From NCBI GenBank assembly GCA_964016885.1, contig OZ024742.1, positions 292,082,001-292,146,000 of the forward strand: a stretch of 64,000 nt of DNA, given 5' to 3'. Position 1 is the stretch's first letter. Every line of letters begins with the position of its first letter. The DNA is from Eledone cirrhosa. Its lineage: Eukaryota. The position numbers and the translations under genes are program-made. The notes under the pieces were generated by a model, which saw nothing but the letters and a program-made list of their open reading frames with translations, searched no databases and had not been told where the DNA came from. Positions 38,478-49,571 of this stretch are shown here, piece by piece.

Positions 38478-41400
38478 TGTGAGTAAATATGGATATTTAC
38501 CATGCGGTATTCTAATCCTATTGTATCTCTCTCAGTTATTTACCATGCGACCCTCAGTTCCTACCCCCCCTCTCTATGCACTTCTTTAAGGCTTACTACC
38601 CTGTCTTTAACCTAATTCATTCAATCTGAAAATATTGAAGAGATAAGACACTTTCCCATTCTTCTCTGCTAAAATGTATCACTAGAGCTGCTGATTCCAA
38701 TTTTCCCAGCCAGCCATCCATCTAATCTACGAAGGTATTTTAGCCTACATATTGTCGTTAATATTATGATGTTCCCTGCTGTATTAGCGTTAAATTTTCC
38801 CTGCTGTATTAGCGATAAATTTTCGAGGGTTTCTCTTAGTAGTTTTTTTCATGACGTTATTATTGTTAATTTTACTGATGTAGTATTAACTTGGATATTT
38901 ACCATGCGACCCTCAGTTCCTACCTCACAATTTCCCTCCCCCCCACCCCCACACACCACCATAGTCTATTCGACCAATCAAACCTAGCATGCCATTTCCA
39001 CTGCTGCTGCTGCTACTACCTGCCTAACTAACTCTCTCCTCCTCTGGCGCATCCCAACACACCCTGCCATTACCCCACCACCACTGTCCTTCTAGCCCTC
39101 AATTTTCCCACCGTTATGGATGGATGAGCTGGGAATACACGAGCAACTCTGAATCAATAGATGAAATATGAATCTGCGAGCTACCAAGCACCCACGTGAA
39201 GCGCCAACCCAGAGACCCTCCCCTACGAGTGTCGACAAATGCCCAAAACTCCGAGTTGGTACCATCAATGTAGGCTCAATGAAAGGAAGAGCAGGAGAAA
39301 TCGTAGAAATGCTAGAGCGAAAGGAAGTTGATGTATGCTGTGTGCAAGAGACTAGATGGAGAGGAGGGTCTGCTAGAGTCCTTGTAGGAAAAAGCCAGTG
39401 CTACAAATTTTTCTGGGTGGGAAATGACGATGGGATGGGTGGTGTAGGTATACTATTAGCTGACAAGTGGGTAGATAAAGTAATCTCAGTGTACAGGGTA
39501 AATGCAAGAATCATTAAACTCAGACTAGTCCTGAATAAGACAATTACCACAATAATATCAGCTTACGCACCCCAATCGGGGCTGCCAGACGAACTTAAGG
39601 ATAGGTTTTACGAGTCCCCAATACACACTACTGCTCTAACAGACGACAAGGACTTCCTAATCATTGCAGGAGATTTTAACGGACACGTAGGTAAACACTG
39701 CGACGGCTTCAATAGAGTACATGGAGGCCATGGAGTTGGCACAAGGAATGAGGAAGGATTCAGACTTCTAGAATTCTGCGACGCCAATGACATGTCGATA
39801 TGTAACACAAACTTTAAAAAACCCGACAACCACCTGATCACCTATAGATCAGGGGAGCACTCTAGTCAGTTAGATTTTATCCTCATCAGAGGACGTGACA
39901 GATGGACGGTCGTAAACACAAAAGCCTTCCCTAGTGAGGAATGTACATCCCAACATAGCTTAGTTGTCAGCGACCTCACGGTCAGAACTAGACGAGCCCT
40001 GAAACAGAGGCCAACCTGGAGAAGAAAGATCTGGAAGCTGAAAGTCCCCTCAACCAGTAACAGATTTAAAGATATTTTACTCAACGCCTACGACAGTAAA
40101 GAAGAACAGATAGAGACATTTAACGTAGAAGAGAACTGGGAGTTCCTAAAAAATAACTTACTAGAGGCGACGGATGAGGTTTGTGGCTGGAGTAAGACCT
40201 CAAGCAGGAGGAGAGTGACTTGGTGGTGGAACAATAAGGTAGATGAAGCAGTCAAGGCCAAGAGACAGGCATGGAAAGAATGGAAGAACGGGGGGAGCAG
40301 GGTACATTACATAGAGACCAAGAGGGAAGCTAGGCGACAAGTATACTTAGCTAGGAGGGAAGCAGAGGATAGAAAATTCAAGCATGTTTTACAACGTGAG
40401 GACCAGAAACAGGAGGTATTCAAGATTGCGAGGCAGTGTGTCAGAGATAGTTGTGATGTCATTGGAGAGAAGTGTATCCGGAATGATAAAGGTGAGCTTG
40501 CCCTCACAAGTGCTGAGAAGAAAGATGCATGGAAGAGTCATTATGATAGATTACTAAATGAGGAGAATGCATGGGAAGAAGAGACCCTACCCCACGTAGA
40601 CCCTATAGAGGGACCAGCAGTACAAGTCAGCGGCAGCGTAGTAAGTAAGGCAATCAGAGATATGAAGATAGGGAAGGCAACCGGTCCATCGGGTATAGCT
40701 GCCGAGATGCTGAAGGCATCTGGGTCTGTAGGTCACACTATAACCACACGTATCGTTAACCAGGTAATACTAGAGGGGGCCATACCAAAAGATTGGTGCA
40801 GTAGCATCATTGTCAACTGCTACAAAGGTAAAGGCGATGCACTAGATAGAGGAAACTATAGAGGTATAAAGTTGATGGACGAGGTCATGAAAGTAACAGA
40901 AAGAGTTATAGCACAGCTGATTAGGGACCGGGTGAATATAGACGAGATGCAATTTGGGTTTGTACCAGGGAAAGGCACCACTGATGCGCTCTTCCTTGTG
41001 AGGCAATTACAGGAAAAGTACCTAGCTAAAAGTAAGCCACTCTACTTGGCATTTGTCGACCTTGAGAAAGCCTTTGACAGAGTTCCACGTGCAGTAATCT
41101 GGTGGGCTCTTAGAAAACTAGGAGTAGATGAATGGCTTGTGAAAGCGGTACAAGCCATGTATAGGGGAGCAGTCAGCAAAGTTAGGATTGGCAATGAGTA
41201 TAGCGAGGAATTTAGCGTACAGGTTGGGGTCCACCAGGGCTCTGTTCTTAGCCCTCTCCTGTTCATCATAGTCCTGCAGGCAATAACGGAGGAGTTTAAG
41301 ACCGGATGCCCATGGGAACTCCTGTATGCTGATGACCTCGCACTCATAGCTGAATCTATGGTAGAACTAGAGAATAAATTCCAAACCTGGAAGCAGGGAC

Positions 41401-42586
41401 TAGAGAGAAAGGGCCTCAAAGTCAACATGACAAAGACTAAGGTCCTTATAAGTAGACGAGAAAACAGAACCCAGATCCCCTCAGGGAAATGGCCTTGCTC
41501 AGTATGTAGGAAAGGTGTAGGTAGGAACTCCATTCTTTGCCCCAAATGCAAACAATGGGTACACAAGAGATGTAGCGGGATCTCAGGAAGCTTAATTAAG
41601 AATGTAGGATTCACATGCAGCAGCTGTGCTGAAACAGCAAGCAAACAGCCACAGGAAACAAGTACCACCAATCTCTGGGAGGGCCCTGTAGAAACAGTAG
41701 ACAGCTTCTGCTACCTAGGTGACCGAATTAGCAACGGAGGTGGGTGCTCAGAAAGTACAATAACTAGGGTAAGAACGGGATGGAAGAAGTTTAGGGAACT
41801 ACTACCACTGCTAGCTGCAAAAGGCTTCTCCCTCAGAATGAAAGGCAGACTGTATGATGCGTGTATCCGAACAGCGATGTTGCATGGTAGTGAGACCTGG
41901 GCGCTGAAGGTGGAAGACTTACGTAGATTAGAGAGAAACGAAGCCTGCATGCTCCGATGGATGTGTAACAGTAATATACGTGAACGACAAAGCATAAATG
42001 AATTGAGAGAGAGACTGAGCATAAGAGGAATCAAATGCTGCGTGCAGGAGAGGCGGTTACGCTGGTATGGACATGTGATGCGTATGAAGGATGACAGCTA
42101 CATAAAAAGGTGCAGAGCACTAGAAGTTGATGGAAACCGCGGAGTGGGGAGACCCAAGATGACTTGGGATGAGGTGATAAAAGCCGACCTTACCCAACTA
42201 CACCTCTCAAAGTCAATGACACACGACCGTGACTTCTGGCGTCACGCAGTAATACAGGGTACCCGACCTCCCATGGGTACATGCTGAAGCATATAAACAA
42301 TATGCCCCCCCCCCCCACCGCAAGGTGGTCGTGGAGGTGCCACGGCAAAAAAGCACCCAGCCCACACTGTAAAGTGGACGTGTAGGCGCCACGAAAAAGC
42401 ACCCAGCACTCACTGTAAATGAGGTTGGTGTTAGGAAGGGCATCCAGCTGTAGAAATCAAGCCAGATCAGTTCCTGTATGAGCAAGGCATGGTCAGCCGA
42501 CCAGACACTGCCCACAACAGGACAACCCGTCTAACCCATGCTAGCGTGGAAGAACGGACGTAAAACGGTGATGATGATGATGATGA

Positions 42587-42588
<2 letters not shown>
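38478..42588 (+). mobile_element. Full-length RTE-clade LINE family A, potentially active
   Basis: Up to ~0.7-kb leader (5' boundary inferred from the flanking (TA)n), single intact ORF, ~300-nt 3' UTR, (GAT)n tail, (TA)n on both flanks. Confidence 0.93.
39168..42287 (+). CDS. APE endonuclease-reverse transcriptase polyprotein (1039 aa) with internal C4HC3 PHD-type finger
   Basis: APE motifs TINVG, CVQETRW, SAYAPQ, GDFNGH, LDFIL, SQH; RT motifs NYRGI.L, QFGF, FVDLEKAFD, QGSVLSP, YADD, F.YLG; RTE C-terminal RLRWYGHV and GRPK.TW. Confidence 0.97.
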   Translation: MNLRATKHPREAPTQRPSPTSVDKCPKLRVGTINVGSMKGRAGEIVEMLERKEVDVCCVQETRWRGGSARVLVGKSQCYKFFWVGNDDGMGGVGILLADKWVDKVISVYRVNARIIKLRLVLNKTITTIISAYAPQSGLPDELKDRFYESPIHTTALTDDKDFLIIAGDFNGHVGKHCDGFNRVHGGHGVGTRNEEGFRLLEFCDANDMSICNTNFKKPDNHLITYRSGEHSSQLDFILIRGRDRWTVVNTKAFPSEECTSQHSLVVSDLTVRTRRALKQRPTWRRKIWKLKVPSTSNRFKDILLNAYDSKEEQIETFNVEENWEFLKNNLLEATDEVCGWSKTSSRRRVTWWWNNKVDEAVKAKRQAWKEWKNGGSRVHYIETKREARRQVYLARREAEDRKFKHVLQREDQKQEVFKIARQCVRDSCDVIGEKCIRNDKGELALTSAEKKDAWKSHYDRLLNEENAWEEETLPHVDPIEGPAVQVSGSVVSKAIRDMKIGKATGPSGIAAEMLKASGSVGHTITTRIVNQVILEGAIPKDWCSSIIVNCYKGKGDALDRGNYRGIKLMDEVMKVTERVIAQLIRDRVNIDEMQFGFVPGKGTTDALFLVRQLQEKYLAKSKPLYLAFVDLEKAFDRVPRAVIWWALRKLGVDEWLVKAVQAMYRGAVSKVRIGNEYSEEFSVQVGVHQGSVLSPLLFIIVLQAITEEFKTGCPWELLYADDLALIAESMVELENKFQTWKQGLERKGLKVNMTKTKVLISRRENRTQIPSGKWPCSVCRKGVGRNSILCPKCKQWVHKRCSGISGSLIKNVGFTCSSCAETASKQPQETSTTNLWEGPVETVDSFCYLGDRISNGGGCSESTITRVRTGWKKFRELLPLLAAKGFSLRMKGRLYDACIRTAMLHGSETWALKVEDLRRLERNEACMLRWMCNSNIRERQSINELRERLSIRGIKCCVQERRLRWYGHVMRMKDDSYIKRCRALEVDGNRGVGRPKMTWDEVIKADLTQLHLSKSMTHDRDFWRHAVIQGTRPPMGTC

Positions 42589-42619
<31 letters not shown>

Positions 42620-42623
<4 letters not shown>

Positions 42624-42843
42624 CGAAAAAAAGAGAATCAGTGTTGTGATGAATGGAATTTATTGGACATATTACAATCGTTTCTCTGGCGACCAGCTCG
42701 AGGCACAATCGAGGACCTTGCAATTTTCAGAGTTAGGTTCGATCATCAAATCGATCGTGCCTCCAGCTGGTCGCCAGAGAAACAATTGCAATATGTCCAA
42801 TAAATTCCATTCGTCGCAACACTGATTCTCTTTTTTTCTGTGA
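42620..42843. mobile_element. Fold-back / MITE-like element, 93-bp arms 42620-42712 / 42751-42843
   Basis: Arms are reverse complements with few mismatches; (TA)n on both sides. Confidence 0.8.
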
Positions 42844-42870
42844 TATATATATATGTGTGTGTGTGTGTGT

Positions 42871-43215
42871 GAAGGCACATGGCTTAGCGATGAGAGTGTT
42901 GGACTTGCAATTGGGAGGTTGTGTGTTCGATTCTTGGACTGGGTGATGCGTTGTGTCCTTGAGCAAGACACTTTATTTCCTGTTGCTCGAGTTCAATCAG
43001 CTGTAGAAATGAGTTGTGACATCACTGGTGCCAAGCTGTATCGGCCATTACTTTTCACTTGGACAACATCGATGACATGGAAAGGGGAGACTGGTATGTA
43101 TGAGCGATCTCTGGTTTTTCACAAACCACCTTGCCTGGACTTGTGCCTTGGAGGAGAACTTTCTATGTGCAAATCCCATAGTCATTCGTAACTGAAGGGG
43201 TTCTTAACACTTTAC
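42871..43215 (+). mobile_element. CORE-type SINE with a non-RTE-A 3' tail
   Basis: A-box TGGCTTAGCGATG, B-box GTTCGATTC, CORE-like GTGTCCTTGAGCAAGACACTTT; diverges from the 8650 copy after GTAGAAATGAG. Confidence 0.85.
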
Positions 43216-43677
43216 CTTTTATATATTGTAAATATAAATTAAAAGTGACATTAACATAGCATAGTTCCTGCTAGGTATATATGAAAGCATATACAATATG
43301 TTTATGTATGATAAACATACCAGAGTCTTGCTATGATTTTAAAAATAGGCTACATGCACAGCCGATTTGGAAGTGGTATCAAGACCAGCAAGTGTAGGAT
43401 CAGTCAGCTGGAATTTGCAGACAACATGGTATTATCAGAAGGAGATATCCAACATGCACTTGATAGGTTTACTGTTGAGTACTGCATGAAATGAATGGAA
43501 AGGAAAATACTTTGAAGCCTGAGACACTCGTCCTCTCAATAGTGAAAAATATTTTTCTTTGATAGCACTGTGTTTTCATATTATGCTTAAAAACTGTCTC
43601 AGTGCTACTTAATTAATCATAACCAGTCAAATTTACACTATATGAGCATCTCTGGGCAATGTTTCATATACAAAAAC

Positions 43678-43850
43678 CATCATTGTTTTTACGTCCATTT
43701 TTCCACGCTTGTATGGTCTTTCTCAGCACGGAATCTCTCAACTTGCCACAATTCTTTATCATCTCTGTAAGCCTCAGAGGTCTGAGGTCAGCTCTCACAA
43801 CCTCTGCCAAGGTCTTTCTTGGTCTACCTCTACTGGCATTTCCTTGCACA
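43678..43850 (-). mobile_element. Short RTE 3' fragment
   Basis: VQGNASRGRPRKTL.EVVRADL in ORF 43664..44014 followed by GCGTGGAAAAATGGACGTAAA tail. Confidence 0.8.
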
Positions 43851-44338
43851 TCACACATATATATAGAGATACACACACATACACCACATGATAGGCTGCT
43901 TGCGCTGCCACTGTGACAGTGCTGGTGCCATGACAAAATGCATCTAGCTATCCTGTATAGTGGTAGTTCTGGTGTGATGCTGATGCCATGAAAACACACA
44001 CACACACAGCCCAATAGGTAAAGTAGTCACACAATTATCTCAATAACAAAAGCAAAAAAAAAAAAAGAAATCCCAGGTCCACTCTGTAAAATGATGGTTC
44101 TGATGCCATGACAGTCCACCCTGTAAGGTGTTGGTATAAGGAAGATCATCCTGCTGTAAAAAACAAAGCCAAAAATGGATTGTGTGAGTATGATATGATC
44201 ACATGGCCTGTTTAGCTTCCTAACTTGACAGGCTAACTAACCCAAGTAAACATGGGTTACATAGACAATAAACGGTGATGATATATATGTATATATATTT
44301 ATATATATATATACCCCCGCACCATACACACACATATA

Positions 44339-44556
44339 TAAGGGGGTGCTGAAAAATTCCTGGTTTTGGGTATAAAAGAAAATACAGGGGAATCAGTAAA
44401 TTATGATTTTATTCAATATATTCCCCTCACAGATTCACACACTTATTGCCGCAGTCCTTCAGTTCTCTGAGCCCTGTAAAAAGAACTTGGAATGTTGAGC
44501 CTCTAACCAAGCTTCTGTAGCAGCGATCAAGCCAGGAATTTTTTAGCAACCCCTTG
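44339..44556. mobile_element. Mariner-type MITE
   Basis: Imperfect TIRs AGGGGGTGCTGAAAAATTCCTGG / CCAGGAATTTTTTAGCAACCCCT, TA on both flanks. Confidence 0.8.
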
Positions 44557-45087
44557 TATATATATATATGTATTAATAAAAGGAATTCCAACTTTCTCTG
44601 ATTTACTCGTTTTATTTACAATCCTTTAAAATTATAATGATATTATAATGAAATATTATGGTAGAATATTAAATGTTAAATGTTAATTGAACAAGTACTC
44701 TCATGCTTTCGCAATCTTCAGGTTCATATTCAGTGGTGACAGTCAAGTTTGCAATTTTCAACTGTAATGAGATGGCTAAAATCTGTGCCTTATATACAGT
44801 AAAAAGGGGCTACAGAATGCTAAGTTTTGCAAACTGTATTTCGACCAATCGGTGTGTGGTTTCACTAGATTACTAAAGCTGATTGGTTTAGGCGTCACGG
44901 TTAGTTGAGTATGTCTAACGACTTCTATTTGACCCTATCCAAAGCATCAATTGTTTTGCTATTTTTAGAAATGATGAAAATAGCATTTTCTAGGGTTTTT
45001 ATAAAAAAATCTTCAGTAATCATCAACATTAACATCACTTTTATTATTATTATTGTTGTTGTTGTTGTTAGTGGTGGTAGTCGACAT

Positions 45088-46806
45088 AGCTTCAAAATAC
45101 TACAACTCACTTACTGATAATGAAAGAGACTACATCACCAATTTTGAGCCAAAACCCAGCAACTTTTATGGCTTGCCGAAAATTCATAAGTCAAAAGAAA
45201 TCCAACTGGCAGTAAAAGAACAAAAAAGTGAGTACATTAAATTACTACACCCAAAAGAGTAGAATTTAGACCTATTATAGCTGGTCCAACATGCCCTACC
45301 TACCGTCTAAGCAATTTTGTTGACATTATTTTGAAACCACTATGTATTCACATACCCAGTTTCATCCGGGATGATATCGACTTCCTGTCCCATCTCCCCA
45401 AAACCACAGAAACGAATTCACTTCTACTTAATTTTGATGTGGTAAGTCTTTACACCAACATTACACATGATTTAGGAATAAAGGCGGTTAAATACTGGGT
45501 AGAAAAACATAGAGAAGTGATTCCCACCAGATTCACAGTGCCATTTATATTAGACGCAGTCAGGCTTATTCTGGAAAACAACACATTCTTCTTCAATGGA
45601 AAGAATTACATCCAAATTAGAGGCACAGCGATGGGAACGAAGTTTGCTTCCATTTATGCCAACTCTGTAATGGGATACTTAGAACAACAACTCTACCAAG
45701 AAATAGAGGAAAAATATAGCACTGAATTTAGAAAGTACATTGAAAAGTCTTGGAAGAGATACCTTGACGACTGTTTCATCATCTGGACAGAATCTCTAGA
45801 TAGTCTGGATGAGTTCAATATCCTCCTGAATAGCCTACACCCATCTCTCCAATTCATAAAAGAAATGAGTAGTACCAAATTATCATTCCTAGATATAATG
45901 GTAATCAAAAACGACACCACCATTACCACGGATATATACTATAAACACACAGACACCCATCAATATCTTAATTTTAAGTCGTGCCACCCACCTCATACAA
46001 AACGCAACATCCCATACTGCCTAGCCAGAAGAATGTGTACCATTGTAGAAGATACGAATACCAGGAACAAACACCTAACAGAACTGAGAGAACTTTTGCT
46101 CAAACAAAAATACCCATCTCTACTTATAAAAAATGGCATACTGCGGGCTATAAAAATACCTATACAACAACTTAGGACAACCCAAGGAAGAAGAAACCAA
46201 GAACTGGTCATACAATTTATAATGACACACAACCCATGTCACCAGAATATCTTCAACACTGCCAAAGCAAACCTACCGATCATTGCTCAAAGTAATGAAT
46301 TAAAAGGTTTAATCACAGACCGACCTTTGACTCTTAGTAAAAGACAGTCGAAAAATTTGAAGCAATTACTAAGAAAGGCAAAGTTTGACCTTAACAACAA
46401 AGACCAATCATTCACCGTATCTAAATGCAATGATAATCGATGTGGCACATGTCAGTTCATACATACTGGTCAATATATGAACACAAAAACTGGAAAAATA
46501 ATCCCAAATGCAAATATGAACTGCAAAAGCAGAAATCTAATTTACTGCATTAAATGCCCGAATTGTGAAGAACTATATGTTGGTCAAACTGGAAATGCAC
46601 TATCGGAACGTGCACGGGTGCACCGGCAGCAAATCAGAGACCCAAATGTCCATCAGATACCTCTGAGTAACCATCTAGCAACATGTGGTCAGAAAATATT
46701 TATAATATATCCATTCTACAAACTACACAGCCCAAGTGAAATCAAGAGAAAAATTAAAGAAAAGAATTTTATTGATAAATTCCAACCCAAGCTAAATGAA
46801 CAATAA
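45088..46806 (+). pseudogene. PLE RT-GIY-YIG ORF, 5'-truncated, one frameshift near 45260
   Basis: FYGLPKIHK, RPII, FDVVSLYTNI, GTAMG, RYLDD, FLD, YLNFKSCHP, C..RCGTC, NLIYCI.CPNC...YVGQT..L.ER...H. Confidence 0.93.
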
Positions 46807-47192
46807 TAATGCTTAGGCGTATTACTTCTACTATGACTACGCCTACGACCATGTCGACTAGCCCCACTAACAACAACAAAAACAATAATAATAATAAAAG
46901 TGATGTTGATTACTGAAGATTTTTTATAAAAACCCTAGAAAACGCTATTTTCATCATTTCTAAAAATAGCAAAACAATTGATGCTTTGGATAGGGTCAAA
47001 TAGAAGTCATTAGACATGCTCAATCAACCATGCTGCCTAAACCAATCAGCCTTAGTAATCTAGTGAAACAACACACCGATTGGTCGAAATACAGTTTGCA
47101 AAACTTAGCATTCTTTTTACTATATATAAGGCACAGATTTTAGCCATCTCATTACAGTTGAAAATTGCAAACTTGACTGTTACCACTGAATA

Positions 47193-47231
47193 TGAACCTG
47201 AAGATTGCGAAAGCATGAGAGTACTTGTTCA
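47193..47231 (+). ncRNA. Ultra-minimal hammerhead-like motif in PLE arm (mirror 44688..44726)
   Basis: TGAAC-CTGAAGA-TTGC-GAAA-GCATGAGAGTAC-TT-GTTCA: 5-bp stem I and core present, stem II essentially absent, weak stem III. Confidence 0.5.
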
Positions 47232-47382
47232 ATTAACATTTAACATTTAATATTCTACCATAATATTTCATTATAATATCATTATAATTTTAAAGGATTG
47301 TAAATAAAACGAGTAAATCAGACAAAGTTGGAATTCCTTTTATTAATATAATCTTCTATACACAATCATACACACCCGTGTA

Positions 47383-47461
<79 letters not shown>

Positions 47462-48037
47462 GTGTGTATGATTTTTATTTTTTTTGCTGCAACAGAACCT
47501 GTCAAAGTGTCATCCATTTTTTCTTCTATTTACCATTCTACTTTATCACAAGAAGCAAAACAGACATAATAGTTAGAAATTCCCCACAGAAAATAAATAT
47601 TCAGAAGAATAATGGAATAGTGGATTATTTATTTCATTATAGCAACCATCATTGTTTTTCCTCTCTTAGATACCCGATTGGAAATATGTTATTAGCTAAA
47701 GTTTATGTACCAGTTGCCTACCTTTTTATTATTCATAGTTGTATAAATAACATTACAAATTGTTCATAGTTCTTACAGAATGAAAATATAAACACAGATA
47801 TAAACACTTATAATAAATACAATTAATTATTATTCAGAACCTCACAAATATAATGTACAAAAATATATGATTGAAATGAGAGAAAAAGAAAAGGAAAGAA
47901 AAAAAATAACAGCTAACAAACAAAAACAACCATCAATTCACTACCAAGTATGACAATCAGCCGCACATCACACCACATGGGTCAATGGAAAATTTTGAGG
48001 CAAGCCAATACACTGGCAGCATTAGCACGGGTGATGT

Positions 48038-48245
48038 TGAGGCTAAGGTGCTGAAACAACCAGGCACCCTCACGGGCATCACCTGACACCTCGGTAAGAC
48101 CTGGTGAGGCAAGGTTAAGGCACTGAAACAACTAGGCATGCTCAAGTACATCACCTGACGCCTAGGTAAGGCCTGATGATGGCAAGGCGAAGGTGCTGAA
48201 ACAACCAGGTACCCTCATGGGCATCACCTGACACCTCTGTAAGGT
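48038..48245. repeat. GC-richer ~70-bp tandem repeat, 3 units
   Basis: AAGG(TG/CA)CTGAAACAAC(C/T)AGG...CATCACCTGAC repeated. Confidence 0.85.
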
Positions 48246-48890
48246 GAGCCACTAATGATGACAAGAACTTCACTGTCAGTGGCCCAGCTACACCAAACAT
48301 CTCAAACACCACAGGTTGGAAAAAATAATTATTTGATAATTCCCAGTATTTTAGGATTGCCTACTTTAGTTACAACTACTTATAGTTCATTTTAATATAA
48401 AAAAACGTACACTACAGTCCAACTACTGTTCCATATATTCCCAAATTGCTTCCTTCATTTGTTTACTGTTGGTTTCAGTCATTAGACTGCACCCATTCTT
48501 TGAAGAGATTTAGTCTATAGCAATTCCACTACTTATTTTTTCAAGCCTGCTACTTATTGATTGAGATATCTCTCTTTTGTTTGTTTGTTTTTTTCTTTTA
48601 TCAAGCTATTAAATTACAGAATACAAATATAGAGACAGATAGAAATGTTAACATAAACACTGATAGAACACAGATATTTATATATATATATATATATATA
48701 TGTGTAGATAAATCTACCAAAATATACTGTAGTGTCCAATCCGTATGAAGAACTCAATGTAATCCAAATATCATGAAAAGAGAAGATGTATAAAAAATAT
48801 TTTCGATGAAAAACACAGGAAAACAGAGTCAAGATAAATTAATAAAAACAATGAATAAAAACAAAGAAACAGTTCCTTATATTAAAAAAT

Positions 48891-49022
48891 TCATCATTTT
48901 ACGATCGTTTCTAGGATATATATGTGTGTGTTGGTATGTATATCATATAGATCTATGTAAAAGTTTTACAAACTATCAGAGGGAATATACATACCTACAC
49001 ATGCTGTCTTCAGAAATAATGA
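48891..49022 (-). ncRNA. Type I hammerhead motif with ~95-nt stem II (mirror 49572..49707 on plus strand)
   Basis: Minus strand: TCATTATTT-CTGAAGA-[95 nt]-GAAA-CGATCG-TA-AAATGATGA; 9-bp stem I, palindromic stem III, GUA triplet; the insert contains GGTATGTATAT/ATATACATACC pairing. Confidence 0.75.
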
Positions 49023-49388
49023 TATTTGTTTATTGAAAAAAACCAACAAAGATTTAATATAATAGGTCTGTTTGGGAACAGGTTTTGAATTGACCAATAG
49101 AAAAGTAGTAAGTGGTCAAGTTGATAGAATAGTAGTAGTAGAAATTTAATTTAGGGGTAGAGGAATGCAGACTTCAGTTTTGAATGGAAAAAGTATTTTG
49201 AATGAAAAGATTACTTTGGGGATGAAAATAGGTCAAGCCGGTGAAAGGTACACGAAAATTTGATGTTATTCTATCAACTTGACCACTTACTACTTTTCTA
49301 TTGGTCAATTCAAAACCTGTTCCCAAACAGACCTATTATATTAAATTTTTGTTGGTTTTTTTCAATAAACAAATATCATTATTTCTGA

Positions 49389-49571
49389 GCAGTGGATTGG
49401 CAGTATCAGTAGAGGGTCAGACGCCATGCTTTCCAGCATAGTTATGTCCCTTTACGATCTGAGTTCAAATCCCGCCGAGGTTAACTTTGCCTTTCATCCT
49501 TACGGCGTCGATAAAATAAAGTACCAGTAATGCACTGGGTAATTGGTGGCCTTGTGCCTAAAGTAGAAACA
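49389..49571 (+). mobile_element. SINE family 1 with 11-bp TSD
   Basis: TSD ATTATTTCTGA at 49378-49388 and 49572-49582; the empty site is seen in the opposite arm. Confidence 0.95.

Larger units (their letters stand above)
44571..47380 (+). mobile_element. Penelope-like element with ~0.5-kb inverted arms (44571-45087 / 46851-47348) and short 3' extension
   Basis: Arms align as reverse complements with small indels; RT+GIY-YIG ORF between them; (TA)n flanks. Confidence 0.93.

Noticed and set aside
38478-39167. HDV-like ribozyme at the RTE 5' end
   Set aside because: Known for some RTE elements, but I could not build the nested double pseudoknot by eye.
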